IMG/VR virus record: IMGVR_UViG_2912869438_000005
Location: 107,461 to 127,460 of that record
DNA: 20,000 nt
DNA from: an uncultured virus (IMG/VR IMGVR_UViG_2912869438_000005)
Lineage: Duplodnaviria; Heunggongvirae; Uroviricota; Caudoviricetes
Reading direction: 5' to 3' (one strand)
Part shown: one piece after another, positions 1-8,031 of the stretch
How the letters are laid out: every line of letters starts with the position of its first letter
Position numbering within the stretch: position 1 is the first letter of the stretch
Translations under genes and position numbers: made by a program
Notes under the pieces: model-generated
What the model was told of the DNA's origin: nothing
What the model saw: the letters and a program-made list of their open reading frames with translations, nothing else
Database searches by the model: none

Positions 1-1
1 A

Positions 2-133
2 AATGGTGATGTAGCGGTTTTTGACAAAGGGGAAAAAGCGATGGCGGTAGCTCAAAAATTTAAAACAGCTAGTTCACTGGGCATCTGGTGTAAATTGGTG
101 AAGCTTAATAGGGAGGGGCATCATGCAATCTGA
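2..133 (+). CDS. 3' end of a hypothetical phage protein (partial)
   Basis: Open frame from the window edge (NGDVAVFDKGEKAMAVAQKF...) to TGA 131-133, overlapping the next start. Confidence 0.55.
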   Translation, partial: NGDVAVFDKGEKAMAVAQKFKTASSLGIWCKLVKLNREGHHAI

Positions 134-389
134 ATTCAAAGTATTTAAATTCAATGATTATGATAGTGCGGCAGCCGTTAGCGAAGAAGCAGGAAGAAAA
201 GCTTACTTAGAGTTCACTGGGTTATCTGAAGAAGAGGCGTTTGACGAGGCTGTTTACGATGAAATAGATCCAAACTGCAATCGTGTTATCGTAAGCGAAC
301 CGGGACAGGAAGTAATAAAATTAACATATATAGAAGCTTATGAAAAAGGATATTTTACCTTACCTGCATTTTTCACAACTGAGTATTGA
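123..389 (+). CDS. hypothetical phage protein, 88 aa, acidic
   Basis: ORF track; GGGAGG RBS upstream of ATG. Confidence 0.8.
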   Translation: MQSEFKVFKFNDYDSAAAVSEEAGRKAYLEFTGLSEEEAFDEAVYDEIDPNCNRVIVSEPGQEVIKLTYIEAYEKGYFTLPAFFTTEY

Positions 390-430
390 TTTAAATGAAA
401 TTCAAATTTTATTGAGAGGGAGGCTAATGT

Positions 431-556
431 ATGAAAAATAAATTAAAAAATGCAGTGCACTATATTGAAGCAAACAGAGATGAAATGGGCGATAAGAAAG
501 CACTTGATTTGCTCATTAAAGCTCTTAAGAAAATTGCTGCAGAAGCGTTTGTTTGA
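431..556 (+). CDS. small hypothetical protein, 41 aa (MKNKLKNAVHYIEANRDEMGDKKALDLLIKALKKIAAEAFV)
   Basis: Manual translation; GGGAGG RBS; size and position resemble SPbeta yosF (recollection only). Confidence 0.75.
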   Translation: MKNKLKNAVHYIEANRDEMGDKKALDLLIKALKKIAAEAFV

Positions 557-574
557 TTTAAAGGAGGCGATGGT

Positions 575-1060
575 TTGACAAGACATAAAGCAAAATTTAC
601 GGGTCAAATTTTATACAAGAATTATATGTTTAATGTACACCCTATGTTGTTTTCTAAAGATGTTGAAATATGTGAAGTCCTTAAGCCTTTTATTAGTGCT
701 ATATCTGCATACGATAAACATGGAGTTTATTCATTTGTAGATCACTCTATTGGTGAAAAGAAGATATTTTTTGAAGGGGAGATAGACGGAGAACCTATCA
801 ATGTTGGTGAAAAAGTTTATATTAAAGGTATAAATGATTACATTGTTATTAAGGACAGATATCGAAACCTCAATAATGAATGGACGTATGAAACAGATCA
901 CATTGTTAAGATTATTGAAGATGAAGAAACAATTTTAAGCAAAGAATGGGCAGTTAAACAGTATGAAGAAGCTCTTATGGATATTGAGCATGAAAAGAGA
1001 TATGAAAATGCAGATGCAGTTAAGGCTAATAAATCCTGGTTGAAACGGCTGTTTAATTAA
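575..1060 (+). CDS. hypothetical phage protein, 161 aa
   Basis: ORF track; AAGGAGG RBS before TTG start. Confidence 0.8.
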   Translation: MTRHKAKFTGQILYKNYMFNVHPMLFSKDVEICEVLKPFISAISAYDKHGVYSFVDHSIGEKKIFFEGEIDGEPINVGEKVYIKGINDYIVIKDRYRNLNNEWTYETDHIVKIIEDEETILSKEWAVKQYEEALMDIEHEKRYENADAVKANKSWLKRLFN

Positions 1061-1075
1061 AAGGAGGTGAGAATT

Positions 1076-1438
1076 TTGAATTTTCTTGGTAAAAGTAAAA
1101 CAAGTACAGTCATCAGCAGTAGCGGTAAAGTCACTGTTAATGGAGTTAGATATGAAGGGAACAACATTACAATAACCAATAACAAAGTTCTTATTGATGG
1201 ACAGGCTGTAGAGAGCTCTGTATCTGGAGAAGTAAAGGTTAAAATCGAAGGCAGCCCAGTTAAAGTTTACTCTGATGCTTCTGTTGAAGTGAGAGGTGAC
1301 GTCTTAGGTGATGTTGATTCAGGAGGAAGTGTAAATTGCGGCAATGTTAAAGGGAATGTAGATGCTGGGGGAAGTGTCTGTTGTGGAACTGTAGGCGGAA
1401 GTGTAGACGCGGGTGGCAGTGTAAGCATGAGAAGATGA
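1076..1438 (+). CDS. Gly/Val-rich beta-solenoid-like repeat protein, 120 aa (YosG-like)
   Basis: AAGGAGGTG RBS favours TTG 1076 over GTG 1067; C-terminal repeats of V.G.VD(S/A)GGSV. Confidence 0.75.
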   Translation: MNFLGKSKTSTVISSSGKVTVNGVRYEGNNITITNNKVLIDGQAVESSVSGEVKVKIEGSPVKVYSDASVEVRGDVLGDVDSGGSVNCGNVKGNVDAGGSVCCGTVGGSVDAGGSVSMRR

Positions 1439-1452
1439 AAGGAGCTGAATAA

Positions 1453-1584
1453 ATGTCTAATGTGAATATAAAAGATTCTGCAATGATTGTTTTTAAAAAG
1501 AGTCCATCTGGAGAAATAGTGGATGAAATAAAGGTGGTTACTATGCCGTCGAAGATAGCTGGTCAAAAGTTTTATTTTAACTAA
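1453..1584 (+). pseudogene. 43-aa ORF, probably a truncated gene remnant
   Basis: AAAGGAG RBS and ATG; frame runs through the palindromic motif at 1563-1580 and stops right after it. Confidence 0.45.
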
Positions 1585-1596
1585 AAAACAAAAAGG

Positions 1597-2283
1597 GTGA
1601 TGAAAATGGATTTAAATTTAATTATAAATGACACTCTTACAGAATTAAAAGATCAAGGATACGTTGAGAAAATTGTAAGGAAGCAACTTGAAGAAACCAT
1701 TCAAGATATTATTAAAGATTCTTTTAAAAGTTGGAGTGACTTTGGGAAAGAATTGAAGCAGCAAGTTCAAGATCAGATACAATTTAATTTAGAAAGTTTG
1801 GATATTCCATCTTACAACCAAGTTATTGTAAATATCATAAGAGATGAATTAGAGCGATCTGTCCATGAGGAAGGGGGAAGACGTATTCAAGAAAGTATCC
1901 GGGATATTTTGGGTACTGCAAAAGAAGAATACAAGCTGTCTGAACTTATCAATGAAATCGTAGAGCAAGATTGTGAACTGAATGAACTGCACTATGATGA
2001 TTACAAAGAGATCACTGTAATTGTTGAAAATAAATATGGTGGTAAATACATTTATATCGATCCAGAAGAAGACCAAGACTGGTACAGATGCAAATATCGA
2101 TTAACACTTGACAACGATTTAACAGTCACACGAGCAGAAATTAATGATAGGGCTTTTGATAATAAGACAATCATGGGCGGATTATATGGCGCAGATGCAA
2201 CTATTTTCAAAATGTGGACTCGTAAATCAAAGTTGATTATCGATAATTATCAGACGAGCTTTACCAACCCAGAATATGAGTGA
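1597..2283 (+). CDS. hypothetical phage protein, ~228 aa
   Basis: Long ORF; exact start (1597/1600/1606) uncertain. Confidence 0.82.
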   Translation: MMKMDLNLIINDTLTELKDQGYVEKIVRKQLEETIQDIIKDSFKSWSDFGKELKQQVQDQIQFNLESLDIPSYNQVIVNIIRDELERSVHEEGGRRIQESIRDILGTAKEEYKLSELINEIVEQDCELNELHYDDYKEITVIVENKYGGKYIYIDPEEDQDWYRCKYRLTLDNDLTVTRAEINDRAFDNKTIMGGLYGADATIFKMWTRKSKLIIDNYQTSFTNPEYE

Positions 2284-2341
2284 TTGGTGCCCTACATAGT
2301 TTAAATAAAAGGATGATTTTAAAGAAAGAGGAGGAAAGCCC

Positions 2342-2533
2342 GTGGCTTATGATGAGATTAATGGCAAGTTAATTAACCCAAAAGTAAGTGATGTAATTAA
2401 AGCATTACAAGATCAACTTGATTTTTACGGCGACACACCAGTTAACTTCAGGATTGATGGTGAAGAAGCAAGGGATGAGATTCAATTAGATCCATATAAA
2501 AATGTTCTTGTGTTGCATTTAGAGGAAGTTTAA
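2342..2533 (+). CDS. hypothetical protein, 63 aa
   Basis: GAGGAGG RBS, GTG start. Confidence 0.8.
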   Translation: MAYDEINGKLINPKVSDVIKALQDQLDFYGDTPVNFRIDGEEARDEIQLDPYKNVLVLHLEEV

Positions 2534-2547
2534 GGAGGAAAGCTACA

Positions 2548-2759
2548 ATGGACACTTTTGATTTTATCGATGTTATTTTAAACACTATAAAGGTGGCATT
2601 TATAAGGTTATAGGGGAAATCATTCATACTGAAACAGAAGAAATACTTGTTACATATGAAGATCAAGATGGAACACTTTGGGCAAGACCTAAGGACATGT
2701 TTTTTGGGAATGTGATTGTAGATGGAAAAGAGAATAAGAGATTTATAAAAATGGATTGA
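2548..2759 (+). pseudogene. DUF1653-like protein with a 1-nt frameshift
   Basis: AAGGAGG RBS and ATG 2548 (MDTFDFI); a shifted frame from 2571 gives CYFKHYKGGIYKVIGEIIHTETEEILVTYEDQDGTLWARPKDMFF...RF, the HYKG/HxET/WxRP..MF pattern; 212 nt total, one base short of 71 codons. Confidence 0.75.
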
Positions 2760-2775
2760 GAAGCCGTTAATCGAA

Positions 2776-2800
2776 GGAAGAATGGCCGAAGCCATCTCCC
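2776..2800 (-). terminator. hairpin with UUCG tetraloop, probable terminator of the minus-strand cassette
   Basis: Minus strand reads GGGAGAUGGC-UUCG-GCCAUUCUUCC directly after the stop of 2800..3114; U-tail is weak. Confidence 0.55.
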
Positions 2801-3114
2801 TAGAAGCCTAATTGTTTAGCAACATATATGTTTGCTGCTTCTTGTTGCATTTCTTCCCAGTTAAAAAATTTACTGTTTTCCCTAACAAAGTCATCCCATA
2901 AATCATCGGGGATTGATTCAAAATCTTGCTGGGTTTCAATGGTGAAAGGAGATTTATCAAGCATTTCATCAAGAGACGAAAATTTCGTATTCTTTTTCAT
3001 AAATGAATCGGTAAAAAGCTCATTTAATTGAAGTTCTTGTCCCTTTTCAAGTTCACTAGCTTTTTGTTGCATTTTTTTAAGTTTTCGATCGAATTCTTTG
3101 AAACCATTACTCAT
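2800..3114 (-). CDS. hypothetical protein, 104 aa
   Basis: ORF track; CAGGAG RBS on minus strand; protein-like composition (LFTDSFMKKNTKFSSLDEML...WEEM). Confidence 0.85.
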   Translation of the reverse strand: MSNGFKEFDRKLKKMQQKASELEKGQELQLNELFTDSFMKKNTKFSSLDEMLDKSPFTIETQQDFESIPDDLWDDFVRENSKFFNWEEMQQEAANIYVAKQLGF

Positions 3115-3131
3115 AATTTTTCATCTCCTGT

Positions 3132-3278
3132 TCATTTTCTTTTTGATTTTGCTTGAGAGAGAACTGAACCTGCTAAACTCTTTGAAGTTTTGCTAGAGCC
3201 TTTATTTCTCAAGACTTTTGAAGCGACTTTAACCATTTTTGGCGATGAGACTCTTCTGGAGCTTGGTTTTCTAGGCAT
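3132..3278 (-). CDS. small highly basic protein, 48 aa (MPRKPSSRRVSSPKMVKVASKVLRNKGSSKTSKSLAGSVLSQAKSKRK)
   Basis: Manual translation; AAAGGCAGGTG RBS; stop lies 17 nt before the next start, an operon-like spacing. Confidence 0.8.
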   Translation of the reverse strand: MPRKPSSRRVSSPKMVKVASKVLRNKGSSKTSKSLAGSVLSQAKSKRK

Positions 3279-3317
3279 ATGTATACACCTGCCTTTCAAG
3301 GTAGAATATGTGTTCCT

Positions 3318-3365
3318 TCACAATATATAGTATACTACCATTCAGGGAAACACAATATACTGTGC
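3318..3365. promoter_or_regulatory. tandem NrdR-box-like palindromes
   Basis: TCACAATATATAGTAT (3318-3333) and ACACAATATACTGTGC (3350-3365), 32 bp apart; both match the consensus acaCwAtATaTwGtg. Confidence 0.7.
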
Positions 3366-3511
3366 TCGAGTTGATGAATGTTCACAGTTTGCTTTAGCTA
3401 GGAACCTGTGGATAGGAGCTAAGCATTTATTAATGATCAGTAAAGGGAGGTGAAGTACAAAGTTATCGTGTATTTAGGTGGAATTACGGATTTATAGGGA
3501 GGTATGATCTC

Positions 3512-3685
3512 ATGGAACTTGAAGCTAGATTGAAAATACACAAAGATTCAGACAATACACATCCACAAGGGAAACTCATCGTAAAACCAAACGGAGAGTA
3601 TGTAAACCTTAAATTTGATGATTATGGTCGTGAAGTTTCAGTATTGGCTGATGAATTAAGAGCCGTGCTTAATATAGGGAAATGA
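3512..3685 (+). CDS. hypothetical protein, 57 aa (MELEARLKIHKDSDNTHPQGKL...)
   Basis: Manual translation; AGGGAGGT RBS. Confidence 0.7.
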   Translation: MELEARLKIHKDSDNTHPQGKLIVKPNGEYVNLKFDDYGREVSVLADELRAVLNIGK

Positions 3686-3698
3686 AAGGAGGAAGATT

Positions 3699-3764
3699 AT
3701 GAGTAACCATTTCAAATTTAAACTGTCAAATATCGAAAATGGTGATTTGATTCTAATAATCTAA
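3699..3764 (+). pseudogene. 21-aa ORF remnant
   Basis: Strong AAGGAGG RBS and ATG, but the frame ends after 21 codons amid two palindromic motifs. Confidence 0.4.
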
Positions 3765-3780
3765 ATAAAATCATAATTTT

Positions 3781-3798
3781 ATATACTAATTAAAAGTA
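3781..3798 (+). promoter_or_regulatory. SPBRE-like operator upstream of yosL
   Basis: ATATACTAATTAAAAGTA, 15/18 identical to the repeat AAACACAAATTAAAAGTA at 13612 and 13708. Confidence 0.5.
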
Positions 3799-3816
3799 AT
3801 CTAAGGAGGAAGAGTT

Positions 3817-4164
3817 ATGGGTGCTGCTAAAAAACTGTATGTGAAAAAAGATCAACTTGTGAGCATTGAAGAAGCTAAAAGTAATATGACAATACATACA
3901 CCGGAAGGCTATTCTGTCCCTGTTGCAGTGGGAGAGCTTGTGGCTACCAATCCAAAAGGAGAGCAATACGTCGTACCTAAAAGCTACAGGAACAAATATG
4001 TCGAAGTCAAACAATTTAAGGATGCTTCATTATACGAGTCAATGGCAAAAGGATATCAAGAAATGGCTGCAATTAATTTAGAAGAGGCAAGCACCGGGTT
4101 TTCTGCGGAAAATCAAGCAGAAGAAATCACAGAGAAATTTGTTTCAGGAAGTATAAACGAATAA
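3817..4164 (+). CDS. yosL: YosL-like MazE (EndoAI) antitoxin mimic, 115 aa
   Basis: C-terminus ESMAKGYQEMAAINLEEASTGFSAENQAEEITEKFVSG resembles the B. subtilis MazE/EndoAI tail (ESMRRGYMEMAKINL...EAE..VERLVSG); immediately upstream of nrdI as in SPbeta. Confidence 0.85.
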   Translation: MGAAKKLYVKKDQLVSIEEAKSNMTIHTPEGYSVPVAVGELVATNPKGEQYVVPKSYRNKYVEVKQFKDASLYESMAKGYQEMAAINLEEASTGFSAENQAEEITEKFVSGSINE

Positions 4165-4565
4165 TGCTTGTTACATATGAAAGCATGACAGGTAATGTTA
4201 GAAGATTTGTAAGAAAGCTTGAGCAAAAAATGCAAATTAAAACTATGGAAATCACTGAGGATTTAAAGGTTGATGAGCCATTCATACATATTACATACAC
4301 AATTAAATTCGGGCAAATTCCTGAAAAAACTCAGAAGTTTATACATAATAATAAAGATTTTTTGTACGGGGTTTGTTCAAGCGGGAATCGAAATTGGGGT
4401 AGCTATTATGCTGCGGCGGCAGATAAACTCTCACAACACTATCAAGTACCAGTACTTCTTAAGTTTGAATTAAGTGGATCAGATTCAGACTTGGACAAGT
4501 TAATACAGGAGGTTAAGTTTATTGACATTAATCAATCAGGTGCCAAAGTGGGTTCAACTGAATAA
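4164..4565 (+). CDS. nrdI: class Ib RNR flavodoxin NrdI
   Basis: YESMTGNVRRF, SSGNRNWG and KFELSG motifs; overlaps the nrdE start. Confidence 0.96.
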   Translation: MLVTYESMTGNVRRFVRKLEQKMQIKTMEITEDLKVDEPFIHITYTIKFGQIPEKTQKFIHNNKDFLYGVCSSGNRNWGSYYAAAADKLSQHYQVPVLLKFELSGSDSDLDKLIQEVKFIDINQSGAKVGSTE

Positions 4566-5247
4566 CGAAATTATGATTCAAAAAGACGGGAAGTTTCAAT
4601 TCGAGAAGGACAGGGAAGCTGTACACAGTTATTTTGTTGACTATGTTAATCAAAACACTGTCTTCTTTCACGATCTCAAAGAAAAACTGGACTATCTTTT
4701 AGAGAATGATTATTACGAAGAAGAGTTTTTAAGCAAATATACCTTTGCACAGATTAAAGAAGTGTTCAAATTGGCGTATAGCTTCAAATTCAGATTCCCT
4801 TCATTCATGAGTGCATTCAAGTTTTACAATGACTATGCCTTGAAGACAAACGATAAAACGAAAATTCTTGAACGATATGAAGATCGAGTGAGTATTGTTG
4901 CTTTGTTTTTCGCCAATGGAGATGCTGAAAAAGCAAAAGAATTCACTTCACTTATGATGAAACAGGAATATCAACCATCAACACCTACTTTTCTTAATGC
5001 AGGACGAAAAAGAAGAGGTGAAATGGTTAGCTGCTTCTTACTCGAAGTTAATGATTCATTGAATGACATTTCTAGAGCAGTTGATATTTCAATGCAGTTA
5101 TCTAAACTCGGAGGCGGAGTCGCGCTTAATTTAAGCAAGATTAGAGCAAAGGGAGAACCAATTAAAGACGTCGAAAATGCCACTAAAGGCGTTGTAGGTG
5201 TAATGAAGCTGCTTGACAACGCGTTCCGCTATGCAGATCAAATGGGT
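4522..5247 (+). CDS. nrdE: ribonucleotide reductase class Ib alpha subunit, exon 1
   Basis: KWVQLNNEIM, FPSFMSAFKFY, QPSTPTFLNAG, SCFLL; ends ...YADQMG at the intron. Confidence 0.96.
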
Positions 5248-5496
5248 TAATTTGGCCCCTTTCGTCAGTAATGGCGATCGAAAACCTCTTTAATTGCTGG
5301 GAACTCCTTATAGGACAATCAGCAGCGAAGCCTCATTCGAGGAACGTTCAACGACTAGGCAAAAGCCGTAGGCTACAAGCGATTGGTAGTCGAAACTGGA
5401 GGCATCCCAATGGGATGAAGATATAGTCTAATCTTCGTGGTAACATGAAGCTGCCGAAAGGCGGGGCGTGTGTAGCGAACACGTCCGAATAGTCTG
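5248..5496 (+). mobile_element. group I self-splicing intron (249 nt, no ORF) in nrdE
   Basis: 5' exon ends in U (GGU) and the intron ends in G; removal restores ADQMG|QRQGSGAAYL; core elements AAUUGCUGGGAA (P), AAUCAGCAG (Q), GUUCAACGACUA (R), AAGAUAUAGUCU (S); P1 GGGU/GCCC and P10 UUUG/CAAA pairings. Confidence 0.95.
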
Positions 5497-8031
5497 CAAA
5501 GACAAGGGTCAGGAGCTGCTTATCTTAACGTATTTCACCCGGACATCAACGATTTCCTTGATACGAAAAAAATCTCAGCAGATGAGGATGTTAGGGCAAA
5601 AACATTATCAATTGGTGTAGTTATTCCAGATAAATTTATTGAGCTTGCTAGGGAAGATAAAGACTTCTACATGTTCTATCCTTATTCAGTTTATAAGGAA
5701 TACGGGCAACATTTAGACGAAATGGATATTGCAAAAATGTATGATGAACTGGTCGAAAACCCAAATGTCAGAAAGAAAAAAGCGAATGCTCGTAAACTAT
5801 TAGAAAAGCTTGCAATCTTACGATCAGAATCGGGTTATCCTTACCTGATGTTTGCCGACAATGTAAACCGATTCCACGCTAACAGTCATGTTTCGAAGGT
5901 TAAATTTTCTAACTTGTGTGTGACGGGAGATACTCTTCTTTTAACCGAAAATGGGTACGAAAAAGCCTCAGATCTTTATAAAAGTCAAAAAGATTTAAGG
6001 GTCGTTATTGACAATCGGACAAAACGGTTTGACAAGGATTGTAAAGGGACTTCAATTGTGAATGCGATACCTATGCAGCTAACTAAAAAGGACGCAGGTG
6101 TTTTTAAAGTTAAAACTAAGCAAGGATTTGAAATCAGAGCAACAGAGTGGCACAAGTTTTATGTTAAACGAAATAACGAAATACAGAAACTTCAGCTTAA
6201 CCAACTTGTTCCGGGGGACAAACTACTGATTCAGTCAGGTGAAGGGGCATATGGGAATATTCATGAACCTGATCTCGCATATATCATGGGGATTATAGCT
6301 GGGGATGGAACCATAACAGATAAGACAGCGAAGATTTATTTATATGACAATAAAAAGGTGTTGGAACAAAAGGTTAAAGAGAGTGTTCATCTTGTAATTA
6401 ATAGACATAAAATTAATCGTGTTTATAAGCACAACACTTCTTTTACTCCAAAATTTAATGCTGCTGATCCAGAGAAACAAGATTTATTATTTATGTCTAG
6501 TACAGTGCTCTTTGACATTTTAAATAAATATGGAATGACAAAAGATACAAAAACAAGAGTTCCAGAGTTCTTATATCAAGCTGACAAGGAAACACAAGCA
6601 GCTTATTTGTCTGGATTGTTTCAAACGGATGGTTGTGTAAATGCCAATCATAAAGCGAAGGCACTAACAATTGAATTAACATCAGTTGATTTTGAGAGTT
6701 TGCAAGATGTGCAAAAGTTACTCATTAATATGGGAGTATATACAACCATTTATACCAATAACAAACGCTCACAGGAGCTTCTCCCTGATGGCCGGGGCGG
6801 TTCCAAATTATACAAAGTTAAACCAACTCACAAGCTTAGTATTCAGGACAGAGCGTCGAGAGAATTGTTCATGAGCATTGTTAATTTGAAAGAATATGAT
6901 AAGTACAAATTCAACATGTTGACTGAAACATTGCAAGCAAAATCACGAAAGCCAAAACATGATTTCACAGCCGAAATTATCAGCATTGAAAAAGATGGGG
7001 TAGAGGATGTCTATGACACAACACAAGAAGATTATCATTCTCTAATTTTTAATGGAATTGTAACTGGTAACTGTTCAGAAGTCCTTCAGGCTTCCCAAGT
7101 ATCGTCTTACACCGATTACGGAGAAGAGGACGAAATTGGCTTGGACATTTCATGTAATCTAGGCTCGATTAATATCTTCAACGTCATGAAGAACGATTCA
7201 ATTAAGAATACAGTTAAATTAGCTATTGATGCATTGACTCATGTATCGAATAAAACCAATATTACAAATGCTCCAGCAGTTGCTAAGGCAAATAAGCTTA
7301 TGAGGTCAGTTGGGCTTGGAGCAATGAATCTGCACGGTTTCTTAGCTCAAAATGGTATTGCCTACGAAAGTGAGGAAGCGAGGGACTTCGCGAACACTTT
7401 CTTTATGATGATGAACTTTTATTCTCTTGAGCGTTCAATGGAAATCGCCAAAGAAGCCGGGGAAACATATTACCAGTTTGAAGGCTCTACATACAAATCA
7501 GGTGAATATTTCAAGAAATACGAAGAACAAAGCTTTAGTCCAAAGTTTGAAAAGGTAAAAAAACTGTTTGGGCAACAGCATATTCCAACAATTGAAGATT
7601 GGAAGCAGCTTAAACAAGCTGTGATGAAGTATGGCTTATATCATTCTTATAGACAAGCAATAGCTCCTACAGGAAGCATCTCATATGTTCAATCCTCAAC
7701 AGCTGGTGTCATGCCGATCATGGAGCGGATTGAAGAAAGAACATACGGCAACTCCAAGACGTATTATCCGATGCCTGGACTTGCGCCGAGCAACTGGTTC
7801 TACTATAAAGAAGCGTATGATATGGACATGTTCAGAGTTGTCGACATGATCTCGACGATTCAGCAGCACGTTGACCAAGGCATAAGCTTTACATTGTTCC
7901 TGAAAGATACAATGACGACACGCGATCTGAACCGAATTGACTTGTACGCTCATCACAAAGGGATCAAGACGTTGTACTATGCGCGGACAAAAGACACGGG
8001 GCAGGAAGGCTGCCTATCATGTGTGGTTTAA
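5497..8031 (+). CDS. nrdE: ribonucleotide reductase class Ib alpha subunit, exon 2 (contains intein)
   Basis: In frame with ORF 5671..8031; SNL|C-SE active site split by the intein; CNLGS, APTGSIS, KTLYY, C-terminal CLSC; precursor 1086 aa, mature 701 aa. Confidence 0.96.
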   Translation, partial: QRQGSGAAYLNVFHPDINDFLDTKKISADEDVRAKTLSIGVVIPDKFIELAREDKDFYMFYPYSVYKEYGQHLDEMDIAKMYDELVENPNVRKKKANARKLLEKLAILRSESGYPYLMFADNVNRFHANSHVSKVKFSNLCVTGDTLLLTENGYEKASDLYKSQKDLRVVIDNRTKRFDKDCKGTSIVNAIPMQLTKKDAGVFKVKTKQGFEIRATEWHKFYVKRNNEIQKLQLNQLVPGDKLLIQSGEGAYGNIHEPDLAYIMGIIAGDGTITDKTAKIYLYDNKKVLEQKVKESVHLVINRHKINRVYKHNTSFTPKFNAADPEKQDLLFMSSTVLFDILNKYGMTKDTKTRVPEFLYQADKETQAAYLSGLFQTDGCVNANHKAKALTIELTSVDFESLQDVQKLLINMGVYTTIYTNNKRSQELLPDGRGGSKLYKVKPTHKLSIQDRASRELFMSIVNLKEYDKYKFNMLTETLQAKSRKPKHDFTAEIISIEKDGVEDVYDTTQEDYHSLIFNGIVTGNCSEVLQASQVSSYTDYGEEDEIGLDISCNLGSINIFNVMKNDSIKNTVKLAIDALTHVSNKTNITNAPAVAKANKLMRSVGLGAMNLHGFLAQNGIAYESEEARDFANTFFMMMNFYSLERSMEIAKEAGETYYQFEGSTYKSGEYFKKYEEQSFSPKFEKVKKLFGQQHIPTIEDWKQLKQAVMKYGLYHSYRQAIAPTGSISYVQSSTAGVMPIMERIEERTYGNSKTYYPMPGLAPSNWFYYKEAYDMDMFRVVDMISTIQQHVDQGISFTLFLKDTMTTRDLNRIDLYAHHKGIKTLYYARTKDTGQEGCLSCVV
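5917..7071 (+). mobile_element. intein (385 aa) with LAGLIDADG homing endonuclease
   Basis: Starts CVTGDTLLLT; block B IRATEWHKF; LAGLIDADG motifs IMGIIAGDG and LSGLFQTDG; block F/G VYDTTQEDYHSLIFNGIVTGN|C; the +1 residue is the catalytic thiyl Cys. Confidence 0.96.

Noticed and set aside
1267..2076. Minus-strand ORFs 1267..1566 and 1849..2076
   Set aside because: Antisense shadows of well-supported + genes; the repeats in the first merely mirror the GGSV repeats.
2448..3031. ORFs 2448..2795 (-) and 2828..3031 (+)
   Set aside because: Opposite better-supported genes (DUF1653-like and the 104-aa gene); no convincing RBS.
3390..3425. Imperfect hairpin TGCTTTAGCT...AGCTAAGCA
   Set aside because: Irregular stem and no recognisable RNA family; not enough to call an ncRNA or terminator.
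4522..5670. nrdE as a broken pseudogene or two separate genes (ORF start at 5671)
   Set aside because: The gap is a group I intron; splicing restores a continuous frame.
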